Source: a virus (Duplodnaviria; Caudoviricetes). From it: a DNA stretch of 64,000 bases. Positions within the stretch are counted from its first letter, which is position 1. Each line of letters opens with the position of its first letter. The notes under the pieces are model-generated. The model searched no databases, had not been told where the DNA came from, and worked only from the letters and a program-made list of their open reading frames with translations. Below, one piece after another: positions 51,252-60,349 of this stretch. The stretch lies in IMG/VR virus record IMGVR_UViG_3300019378_000951, positions 1 through 64,000 of that record; one strand, written 5' to 3'. Both the position numbers and the translations under genes were made by a program.

Positions 51252-51800
51252 TTAGTTTTTGTTTATACTTTTAAAATATCTATTGAAGAATGTTATAATT
51301 TTATCTCTGACTTCTTCAACAGTTTTATACTCAGGTGGGTTATGGACAAAACATAAATTCATTACTTCCATTATATTCCATCTTTCATTCATAATATATG
51401 AGATATCTCTGTTCTGTCTTTCAACTAATTGTCTACTATCTATCATTACAATTATATAATCAATTCCACACTTGTCTAATGGGAATTGATTTATAAAATC
51501 ATCAATTCCCATTTTGTTAAGAATTATAGTATTATACTTACCATCAACCAAATCAAATATAGTACCGTATCTTTCTCCATTTATATTAGTGCGACCTATT
51601 AAATTATCTTTAATTTCATCATATTCATCTTGTGTAACGAATTTATACGGATCTCCTTGTTTTTCTCCTTCTCTCATAGGCCTAGTGCTTACTTGTTGCA
51701 ACTTATGAAATTCATTTGGAAATTTTTCTGATAATAATTTTTCTATCATCGATTTACCACTTCCTGATGGACCAGCCACTATTATAACCTTTTTATTCAT
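51252..51800 (-). CDS. gmk: Guanylate kinase
   Basis: GPSGSGKS; STRPMREGEKQGDPYKFV; YGT. Confidence 0.85.
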   Translation of the reverse strand: MNKKVIIVAGPSGSGKSMIEKLLSEKFPNEFHKLQQVSTRPMREGEKQGDPYKFVTQDEYDEIKDNLIGRTNINGERYGTIFDLVDGKYNTIILNKMGIDDFINQFPLDKCGIDYIIVMIDSRQLVERQNRDISYIMNERWNIMEVMNLCFVHNPPEYKTVEEVRDKIITFFNRYFKSINKN

Positions 51801-51863
51801 AATTATTACCTCCCATTGATTTAATTATAATCATGGGTTAATTTAAAAATTATCTTTAGTTAA

Positions 51864-52241
51864 TTATAATTGATAATCTATTATAACTCTATCAAATAAT
51901 TTTGGTATGTCATCTACAGAATTAATAAATTCAGTATAACTTTTAAATAAAGATGTTTGCATCGATAATTCTCTGGCTATAGAATCAGTTACTTCTATAT
52001 TATTCCTAACAATTCCTAACATTCCATTTCCCATAGTGTCAGTAGTATATTCATAACAAAATAATTCATCGTTTTCAGTTAGATAAGTTTCTAATCCATA
52101 TATCTTAGATTCAGGGACATATGCTATATATCCATTACATAAAGCACATCCATTTTCACTAAGTTTAACATACTTTATTACAAATACTGTTTTATCATTA
52201 TTGCAATCTTCAACTACCAAATCATAATTTCCAAATCTCAT
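51864..52241 (-). CDS. Small protein, C-terminal-tag paralog family
   Basis: IAYVPESKIYG; ends RVIIDYQL. Confidence 0.7.
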   Translation of the reverse strand: MRFGNYDLVVEDCNNDKTVFVIKYVKLSENGCALCNGYIAYVPESKIYGLETYLTENDELFCYEYTTDTMGNGMLGIVRNNIEVTDSIARELSMQTSLFKSYTEFINSVDDIPKLFDRVIIDYQL

Positions 52242-52260
52242 AAAATACCTCCTAATTTAA

Positions 52261-52623
52261 TTAAAAATTATTGTTACATCTGTAAGGTTCGTATAAACTA
52301 ATTTCTTTTTTACCATTTTTATATTCTTTGATTAGTATATCATGTTTTACAAATATATTATCATTAGGGAATTCAACATTTTGTAGATGTTCTAGATAAA
52401 ATTTCTTTTGATCTGATATAACATATTCTTCACCATCGTATTCAAAAGTTATATCACATATTGAAGGTATCATTGCAGTTTTATATATGTCGCCTATTAG
52501 TAAATCTGGAATTAATACTGTTTCAGATGGTACATAATACACATCTACTATTCTTAAATTTGCATCTTTTACTATCTCTTTTTTAACAACTCTATTAAAC
52601 CATCCAAATAATTTCATATTCAT
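52261..52623 (-). CDS. Hypothetical protein
   Basis: ORF with RBS. Confidence 0.55.
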   Translation of the reverse strand: MNMKLFGWFNRVVKKEIVKDANLRIVDVYYVPSETVLIPDLLIGDIYKTAMIPSICDITFEYDGEEYVISDQKKFYLEHLQNVEFPNDNIFVKHDILIKEYKNGKKEISLYEPYRCNNNF

Positions 52624-52629
52624 ACCCTC

Positions 52630-52836
52630 CTAATAATTATTATATATTAATTCTATAACTCTTCTAGCATCATCTTCGTTTTTAAATTTAAATGTTACGC
52701 TAGAATTACAATGTCTAAAATGTATACATACATTTGAAAATTTTTTCGTAGTTACATCTGTTACTAATATAGCCGACAATACTTCTTTAGCATTAATAAC
52801 CATTAAATTATCATTAATATCTTTAAATTTAAACAT
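52630..52836 (-). CDS. Hypothetical protein
   Basis: ORF with RBS GGAGG. Confidence 0.55.
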   Translation of the reverse strand: MFKFKDINDNLMVINAKEVLSAILVTDVTTKKFSNVCIHFRHCNSSVTFKFKNEDDARRVIELIYNNY

Positions 52837-52876
52837 AATATACCTCCTAATTTAATTTAAGAGAATAACCTTAAGG

Positions 52877-53290
52877 TTATTCTCTGTTAGGTTTAACTAA
52901 TTTAAATTCTGCAGCTTCTTGAGCTTCCTCTTCTTCTAAATCTTTAAGCATATCTACTTCAGTCATAGCATTCATATATTCTTCCATATGTTCTTTATCA
53001 TAATCATCTGCTATAACTCCAACGTATCTTCCTAAATATTCTCTTCTATAATAATTATAATTCATTATCTGTTGTATTATCTGTTCTTTAGTAAGACCTT
53101 TTTGAAATAATGTTTCTATTATTGATCCTTCTAATGTAAATGCAGCTTGCATTAAATCCCAGTCATTAAATTGGCTATCTGCAACTATATTAGATTGCAT
53201 TGGGTGACCGTTTATTCCTAGTCCTATACTAAAATAAATAGGTTTGTTGACATCCATACTTTGAGCTTCATTCATTTTGTTTTCTTCCAT
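52877..53290 (-). CDS. Hypothetical acidic protein
   Basis: ORF with RBS GGAGG. Confidence 0.6.
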   Translation of the reverse strand: MEENKMNEAQSMDVNKPIYFSIGLGINGHPMQSNIVADSQFNDWDLMQAAFTLEGSIIETLFQKGLTKEQIIQQIMNYNYYRREYLGRYVGVIADDYDKEHMEEYMNAMTEVDMLKDLEEEEAQEAAEFKLVKPNRE

Positions 53291-53339
53291 AATAAATACC
53301 TCCTAAATTTAATTTTAATACCAAATTAATAATATATAG

Positions 53340-54062
53340 TTAAATATTATTTACAATTTTTAAAATAAAATTGTAAAAATCATCGTATTTTTTATCAAAT
53401 ACTTTAAAATAATTAAAATTAGATTTTTCTAATAGTTTATCCTTAACAGTTTCTATAGCTATATCTCTTGCTCTATAATGTTTATTATCTGAACTTTTAA
53501 TTTCTATAATTAGATTAAGCGAAGGAATATATACATCTGGAATGTAAAAATGCTCTTTTCCTTCATATTCATATTTAAATACTTGAGGAGCTGGAGATAT
53601 TATATCTTTACTACTCCACTGCATAAATATATCCATAAATTCTAGGAACTCATGTTCATACGTTCCAGTATAAGTAAATATAGTTCCATCAGACCATTTA
53701 TATTTACCACTTATTTTGCGATTTTCTAACATTTTCTTTTGTTGATCAGGATCATTAAGCAAATGAGTTTTACCGTAAGTTTTCATCATACGTTCTCTGA
53801 ACTGTTTTTTGTAAACTTCTTTACATTTTTCCGAACATAATCTATCATATCGACATACTGCGTCATTCCATTTAGTTTCTTTTTTACATATAACACATTG
53901 ACCACTAGATTTATGATTAACTGTATTAAAATAAAATTGTTGAACTGACATACCTTGAGGTATTAATTCTGTATGTTCTTTTAATATATGGTTATATAAT
54001 AATTCTTTTTTTATATATTTTGATTTACAAAAAGGGCATTTAAATATTTTATTTCCATTCAT
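53340..54062 (-). CDS. C2H2 zinc finger plus TnsA-like PD-(D/E)xK nuclease
   Basis: CPFC...H...H; CVIC...CSEKC; YIPDVY...IIEIKS. Confidence 0.7.
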   Translation of the reverse strand: MNGNKIFKCPFCKSKYIKKELLYNHILKEHTELIPQGMSVQQFYFNTVNHKSSGQCVICKKETKWNDAVCRYDRLCSEKCKEVYKKQFRERMMKTYGKTHLLNDPDQQKKMLENRKISGKYKWSDGTIFTYTGTYEHEFLEFMDIFMQWSSKDIISPAPQVFKYEYEGKEHFYIPDVYIPSLNLIIEIKSSDNKHYRARDIAIETVKDKLLEKSNFNYFKVFDKKYDDFYNFILKIVNNI

Positions 54063-54120
54063 TTCATTATTTCACTCCTTTTTAACATATTCATATTAGA
54101 TTGTTAGGGGGTTAAAAAAT

Positions 54121-54927
54121 ATGAAATATTTATTTGAAGACTCAGATAACTCATTCCAATCAATTAATAATCTCGATTTATTAATTGAAGAGGAAGAAGT
54201 TTTATCTGCTAAAGTGCAAAGATGGGCACAAGAATCCGCAAATACGGCTAAATTTAGTTTAAAACAGAAATTAGGACAAATAATTGTAAGAATTAAATCT
54301 TTATTTGGTATAAGAACTTTCGGCGGAGGTAAAGGAAATGTAAAAATTTTAGAGGACATTTCTGGATTTAATAGACTGATTAGGTTTATACAAAGTACAA
54401 CAACATACAAAGTTGCACATTTTGGCCCGAATAATGTTGTATCATATTCAGGAAATATAAATTTAGTAAATACTTATTTAATTAATAAAGGAAATATACA
54501 TGCTAAAAAATTGCATGCATTATATGAAACTATGAAAGGGGAAATGAATTCTAAAGAAGCTAAGCTTGCAAGACACGCTGCCAGCAATACGAAATCAATA
54601 CGTGTAACTAATGAAAAAACATTTAGAATCTATATAGTTCCTTTTATACGTAATATGTTAATAGCTACTAAAAAATTAAATGTTATGATAACAAAAATGT
54701 ATAAATCTTTTGAAAATTTAGTTTCTCATTATAGTACTATAATGAGAAAAAATAAGATGGACAGATCATCAACTACAACATATCATCAAAAAAATGATTT
54801 AACTGCTAGATGTATCACATATGTGGCGTATGCTAATAAATTATTAATTACTACGTGTGAAAATTTATTAGACAAAATCAATAGAATAATAGAGCATTAT
54901 TATAATGCATTTGCAGAAAATAATTAA
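54121..54927 (+). CDS. Putative internal head protein
   Basis: Acidic propeptide (LFED, LIEE, AQES), basic mature part; late promoter at 54084. Confidence 0.5.
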   Translation: MKYLFEDSDNSFQSINNLDLLIEEEEVLSAKVQRWAQESANTAKFSLKQKLGQIIVRIKSLFGIRTFGGGKGNVKILEDISGFNRLIRFIQSTTTYKVAHFGPNNVVSYSGNINLVNTYLINKGNIHAKKLHALYETMKGEMNSKEAKLARHAASNTKSIRVTNEKTFRIYIVPFIRNMLIATKKLNVMITKMYKSFENLVSHYSTIMRKNKMDRSSTTTYHQKNDLTARCITYVAYANKLLITTCENLLDKINRIIEHYYNAFAENN

Positions 54928-54981
54928 TTTAATTATTTAAAAAATTTAAAAAGTAAACTAATCAATATAGGAGAGATATAA

Positions 54982-55434
54982 ATGAAGGCCATTCCAAATT
55001 CAAATATGAATAAACGCAAATTTGGATACGAATATCGTCTTAATTTTACTAATTTTGAACAACAGGAAATAGTTTCAGATATGGATGCGTTAGCTGTAAT
55101 ATTTCAAAGAATTATATTTTTTCGTAAAGGCGATTTTCCTAATCAACCCGAATTAGGGGTAGGAATTGAAGATTATGTATTTGAGTTAATGGATCCTGAT
55201 ACTCTTAATAAAATACAAAGTGAAATTAAGAAACAATGTGCTAAATTCGCTCCAACTAGTTATTCATATGATATTAAAGTAGAACAAATGTTAGTTAATG
55301 GTAAAAAAACAGCATTGGCTGTATTTGTTTATCTATCTAAATATAATGAAATAGATACAAATGAACCTAGTTTTGCAATATTATTTAATAAAAGCCGTAA
55401 AGACGGCAAAATACTATCTACAATTTATATATAA
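54982..55434 (+). CDS. Baseplate wedge protein, gp25-like
   Basis: KGDFPNQPELGVGIEDYVFE. Confidence 0.7.
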   Translation: MKAIPNSNMNKRKFGYEYRLNFTNFEQQEIVSDMDALAVIFQRIIFFRKGDFPNQPELGVGIEDYVFELMDPDTLNKIQSEIKKQCAKFAPTSYSYDIKVEQMLVNGKKTALAVFVYLSKYNEIDTNEPSFAILFNKSRKDGKILSTIYI

Positions 55435-55464
55435 CAATAAAAATAATTGGGAGGTTATTTTGTT

Positions 55465-56760
55465 ATGAATGAAAAAGATATAAAAAATAAAATGATGGAT
55501 GATATGGATACATTACATGAAATGTTAGGTATAGAATACGATCCAGAAATACCAGTAAACGATGAGGAAGATGAAGCAGCTCAATTTGCTAAATGGAAAG
55601 CTGAACAAGCAGCTAAGAAAAAAGTTAAAAAACAAGAAATACAAGAACTTCCAAGTTTTAAAGAATCATTACAGCCTATGACTGTTCATGAAGAAAAAAA
55701 ACCTAAAGACGAAGTTGTAAAAAAAGAAGAAAAGAAAGTCGAAAAACAAAAAACAGCTGCAGAGCAATTAGAAGAAAAAAATAGAAATGTTAAAAATAAA
55801 TTAGCTAATATAGAAATAAATGTAGATGAAATAGAAATAGTTGAGCACCCTAAAGGTTTAACTCAATTCGATGATTATAATATATCTCTTGGAATGGGTT
55901 CCACTGCAAATCCTACATATCAAGTTGTATGTAACCAAAGTTGTTACGTAGCTAATATGAAGGCTATAAATTATGGAGATGCTATAGCTATAGCTAACTC
56001 TTCAGCGTCTGCATACCAAGAAAGAAGTAGAATATATAAATTATTATATGATAAATGTGAAGCTTTTTCAGTAGGAAGAATAAGTTTTGATGATTTCTTA
56101 AGAATAACTTCATTTTATGATGCAGAAACATTAATGTTTGGTATATATCAACAATCATTTCCAGGCACTACTGAATTCCAAGTTCAATGTGGTTCTTGCG
56201 GAATGCAACATAATATGAAATTTCAAAATGAAGAATTTATCGCTGTGAAAGATGAAGAAGTTTATAAAAATATACAAGATACTATAGCTTCATGCTCTAA
56301 TCCAGAAACTGCATTAGCAAATTCTATTGTTAATAAAACTACTAGAAAAATACTGCCAGATAGTAAAGTTATAGTAGACGTGGCTATACCTAGTTTAAAA
56401 GACAATTTAGATTTACTAGGTAGAGTTAATCCTAAATTACTAGAAGCTAATAAAGAAGTCATATCTTTAATGATGTTTATTAAAAATATATACATGTTAG
56501 ACACTAATAAAACTGTAACACTGGGTAAACCATGCTATTACAAAATGGAAAAGGATTTATCATCAGTAAGTAAACTGATAAAAGATTTAACTATAAATGA
56601 CGCTAGAGAATTAGGAAAAGTTATACAAGATAAATCAGATAAACATGGTATAGTATATCAATTAAAAAATCATAAATGTCCTAATCCAGAATGTGGTAAA
56701 GATCTTGGAGAAATACCTGTAGATATTGAAAAATTACTTTTTTTCAACATGCTTCAGTAG
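55465..56760 (+). CDS. Baseplate hub assembly protein, gp26-like
   Basis: CGSC and CPNPEC; terminal PVDIEKLLF; follows the gp25-like gene. Confidence 0.55.
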   Translation: MNEKDIKNKMMDDMDTLHEMLGIEYDPEIPVNDEEDEAAQFAKWKAEQAAKKKVKKQEIQELPSFKESLQPMTVHEEKKPKDEVVKKEEKKVEKQKTAAEQLEEKNRNVKNKLANIEINVDEIEIVEHPKGLTQFDDYNISLGMGSTANPTYQVVCNQSCYVANMKAINYGDAIAIANSSASAYQERSRIYKLLYDKCEAFSVGRISFDDFLRITSFYDAETLMFGIYQQSFPGTTEFQVQCGSCGMQHNMKFQNEEFIAVKDEEVYKNIQDTIASCSNPETALANSIVNKTTRKILPDSKVIVDVAIPSLKDNLDLLGRVNPKLLEANKEVISLMMFIKNIYMLDTNKTVTLGKPCYYKMEKDLSSVSKLIKDLTINDARELGKVIQDKSDKHGIVYQLKNHKCPNPECGKDLGEIPVDIEKLLFFNMLQ

Positions 56761-56768
56761 ATGGACAA

Positions 56769-57023
56769 ATGGACTTAAAAATGAAAAACAAGCTAGATGC
56801 TACGCATATAGTTTATCTGCTTGAATTATTTGAAGGTCGAATATCTACTACTGAAATACTTGATAGAATACCTATAAATTTACTACTAGAAATGCAAAAA
56901 ATAAAAGAGGAACAAATCGAAAAACAAAACAGAGAAATTGCTAAACAACGAGAAGTTGCGGCGCAACGCAATAATAATAAAGGTGGTATAATTACAAATA
57001 CTGGAAAACGCCGTTTTGATTAA
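56769..57023 (+). CDS. Hypothetical protein, possibly gp51-like assembly factor
   Basis: Position after the gp26-like gene. Confidence 0.4.
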   Translation: MDLKMKNKLDATHIVYLLELFEGRISTTEILDRIPINLLLEMQKIKEEQIEKQNREIAKQREVAAQRNNNKGGIITNTGKRRFD

Positions 57024-57100
57024 ATAAACATCTAATCTGTAATAAGGATTGCTATATAGCAATCCTTATCAAACAGATTATTAAGATAGACTGGAGAGAT

Positions 57101-57409
57101 TTGATGCGAGATATAGTTGATATAGTTAATGAACTTACAAAACATAATACTAATTCGACAGAAAATTTCCTCAAATCCCTAAAATTCATCGATAATGCAT
57201 TAACTATGGCTAATTTTTTCAAAAAATTAGCTAATTCTGATATAGAATACCATATAATTAAAGGATTCGATTATAAAGAAAATAACAACAATTTTTCAGA
57301 ATTTAAAGTAGTATATTTTGTTTGTGAGAGTAATAATATTGAAGATTTCATTAACAGCACTTTAAAATTAACTAAAATATCGAATTTTTATGTGTTAACC
57401 ATAATATAA
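57101..57409 (+). CDS. Hypothetical protein
   Basis: ORF with RBS GGAG. Confidence 0.5.
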   Translation: MMRDIVDIVNELTKHNTNSTENFLKSLKFIDNALTMANFFKKLANSDIEYHIIKGFDYKENNNNFSEFKVVYFVCESNNIEDFINSTLKLTKISNFYVLTII

Positions 57410-57449
57410 ATTACCGAGTCTATCAATATTACATGGAGAGTGATTAAAT

Positions 57450-57767
57450 ATGGCAAAACAAATTTGGAAATCCGGGTATATGAGCAAAGTGAAAGATGAG
57501 TTTTTAATAATGGAAACTATTTATAATAATAAAAAGAAATATCTTATAGTAAATAGACGAGGAGATTTTGAATGCTCACATACACATGTTTCTAGTTTTA
57601 ACATAGCGAAGGATATGGTAAATATAGTAGCGAAAAAATTAAAACCAGAGTCTAAATCAATATACTTCGTGGAATCACTTATGAGAATAAATAAAGACAA
57701 AAAATATGCAATTACGTTATCACTATATAAAAACAAGTTACAAGAAGAACAAAATAGATCGAATTAA
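57450..57767 (+). CDS. Hypothetical protein
   Basis: ORF with RBS. Confidence 0.55.
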   Translation: MAKQIWKSGYMSKVKDEFLIMETIYNNKKKYLIVNRRGDFECSHTHVSSFNIAKDMVNIVAKKLKPESKSIYFVESLMRINKDKKYAITLSLYKNKLQEEQNRSN

Positions 57768-57803
57768 GATGAATTTAAAGGGAAAATAATAGGAGGTAAC
57801 ATT

Positions 57804-59501
57804 ATGAAGGAAAACATAATGTGCAATGTTTATAATGAAAAAGATACAAATGAGATGATAGATGCTACATTGGAACACATAACAAAAGTATTAAAAAACA
57901 CACTTGGTCCTTATGGAACTAATAGTATATTAACTAATAAATTAGCCGGGCCAACATTATGTAAAGATGGCTATACAGTTCTTGGAAAAATATCTTATAA
58001 TAATGAGTTTAGTACTACTATATTAAATTTAATAAAAGCAATAAGTAAAACTTTAGTAAAGGAAGTTGGAGACGGTTCTACCTCTTCAATAATTGTAGCA
58101 TCGGCTTTATATAAAGAAATATTAAATATTAAAAATGAGTTTAAAATTGCACCTAAAGAAATAATAGATACACTTACATATTTAGCAGAATTGTTAGAAA
58201 CTGATATACTTAAAAAAGCAACACCAATAACAGATGAAAATTTTAAGGTTTTAAAGTCAATAGCTGCAATATCTAATAACAACGATGATGCAGCCGGGGA
58301 TATAATATATGAATTATATAAAAAAGTCGGAGTAGAAGGATTTATATCGTTAGAAATAAATGAAAAAGCAACAGAAGACAGAGTAGATATACAAAATGGA
58401 ATAGAATTTAAAGGCGGTTATTTAGCTAGAGAATTCGCAACAGAAAAAAATCGTATTACAGCAGTATATGAAGATGCAATGGTATTATTATGTAATGACA
58501 CTATTGATGGAGCGGATATGGAATCAATAGGTAATTTATATGCACAAGTTTGTACGGGGATGGGAAAACCTTTAATAATTATAGCTAAAAATTATGATCA
58601 TGAAATGTATAATTTCTTTAAAATAAACAGAACTCAACCAAGTGGTAAAAATTTCATATGTCTTCCATTAATGTTTCCATTACCTTCAATGGAATGGGAA
58701 GATAGATTTGAAGACATGGCTATATATTTAGGTGCTAAAATATATAGTAAAGTTGCTGGAATGTCTCCTAAAGATATCACTAAAGATATATTAGGGAGTT
58801 GTGATAGGATAACAGCTGATGATACTAAAACAGTTATAGTTAAAGAAAATTTACCATTAGAGGTCGATAATAGAATATGTGAACTTGAAGAATACTTAGA
58901 CGAATTTGACGGAGATTTATCTAATAGCAAAGTTTATGATCTTAAAAAACGTATTGCTATATTAAAAGCAAAAACAGCAGTTTTATATGTTGGGGGACAA
59001 TCTTATACGGAAAAAGAAACTAGAAAATTCTTAATGGAAGACGCTGTATATGCATGTAAATCTACTATAGAAAACGGATATATTTGTGGCGGTAACTTAA
59101 TTATACCTAGCTGCATACACAAAAAATATAAAACTTATAAACGATTATTAAATAAAAATAAAAAGATATGCAAATCGCTTAAAGGGGAAGAAAGGGAAAG
59201 ATTTATAGAAACGCTACTAGATTCGGTTACGACTTCATTTAAGCAATCGTATTATACGGTTCTTAATAATAAAATACAAGATTCGGAAGAAATAAATGAA
59301 ATATTAGAAAAGTGTGTTAATAACAATAAAATTTTTAATTTAATTGAACATAGATTTGAAGATATGAGAAAAACAAGAATAATAAACTCTGCAATGACAG
59401 ATATACAGATAATGAAAGCGTGTTTCTCAATGATATCATTATTAGCTACTTCAAATCAATTTATCGGAGAAGTTCAAGCATTAAAAATAACTTATAATTA
59501 A
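57804..59501 (+). CDS. groEL: Phage GroEL-like chaperonin
   Basis: TLGPYG, KDGYTV, VGDGSTS, EDAVYA, GGNL. Confidence 0.88.
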   Translation: MKENIMCNVYNEKDTNEMIDATLEHITKVLKNTLGPYGTNSILTNKLAGPTLCKDGYTVLGKISYNNEFSTTILNLIKAISKTLVKEVGDGSTSSIIVASALYKEILNIKNEFKIAPKEIIDTLTYLAELLETDILKKATPITDENFKVLKSIAAISNNNDDAAGDIIYELYKKVGVEGFISLEINEKATEDRVDIQNGIEFKGGYLAREFATEKNRITAVYEDAMVLLCNDTIDGADMESIGNLYAQVCTGMGKPLIIIAKNYDHEMYNFFKINRTQPSGKNFICLPLMFPLPSMEWEDRFEDMAIYLGAKIYSKVAGMSPKDITKDILGSCDRITADDTKTVIVKENLPLEVDNRICELEEYLDEFDGDLSNSKVYDLKKRIAILKAKTAVLYVGGQSYTEKETRKFLMEDAVYACKSTIENGYICGGNLIIPSCIHKKYKTYKRLLNKNKKICKSLKGEERERFIETLLDSVTTSFKQSYYTVLNNKIQDSEEINEILEKCVNNNKIFNLIEHRFEDMRKTRIINSAMTDIQIMKACFSMISLLATSNQFIGEVQALKITYN

Positions 59502-59566
59502 AATTTTTAGGTAAGGTGTCATATAGTTGATACCTTGCCTTTAATCTAATGAAAGGAGAATAAATA

Positions 59567-60295
59567 TTGGCAAAAGTAAGTAAGTTCATGACGATAAAAA
59601 ACTTTTTACAAAATCCTACTGGTGCATATTCAGCCGGATTCGCCAGAAGAGATCTAATTATTCAAGGTATGAAATGGAGGTACCAAGAATTAATTAAAAA
59701 AAATGGTCATCCTAAAATGATTGTATGGGAAGAAAATGATCATATTTATTTTTATTTTAAAATACCTAGTGAAAAATTCGGTAAAAAATGCCTATATGAT
59801 GTAGTAATAAAATTTGTATGTTCCAACCCAACTTTGATGAAAACAAGTACTACATTAAATGGTTATGGAATTAACGTGTTTAGTAACTCTCCGAATTTTA
59901 TGTATACGTATGCATACGTATATAACCAAGATGGAATTTTGATTCCTGAGAGTATAACTAAACTACCTGAAAAGTGCTTAACTGATAAACCTGAAATTAA
60001 AAATCCTAACGAAAGTTATGGTTTTGAAAAAAGTGTATATTTTGCATTATTGTATATAGTGGATCAAGGATATACTATGAAATCTAAAGCAAAAGGACGA
60101 TACCATAAAAATATGGATATTGAAAAATGTATGATACCTATAAAAACTTCTGAAAGCAAATTAAATGAATATAATCGCTATAAAAAACAAGAGCAACTTG
60201 AGAAGAAAGCTAAAAAGGCAGCTGATAAACGTAAGAAAGAAATTGAAAAGAAAAAAGTAGAATCTAAAAAACCTAAAAGACGCAAAACTCCATAA
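59567..60295 (+). CDS. Hypothetical protein with basic tail
   Basis: ORF with RBS AAGGAG. Confidence 0.6.
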   Translation: MAKVSKFMTIKNFLQNPTGAYSAGFARRDLIIQGMKWRYQELIKKNGHPKMIVWEENDHIYFYFKIPSEKFGKKCLYDVVIKFVCSNPTLMKTSTTLNGYGINVFSNSPNFMYTYAYVYNQDGILIPESITKLPEKCLTDKPEIKNPNESYGFEKSVYFALLYIVDQGYTMKSKAKGRYHKNMDIEKCMIPIKTSESKLNEYNRYKKQEQLEKKAKKAADKRKKEIEKKKVESKKPKRRKTP

Positions 60296-60349
60296 ACAAT
60301 TAAATTAACGTTCATTTGCATATTATTATAATGTAAGATCAAAAAATAT

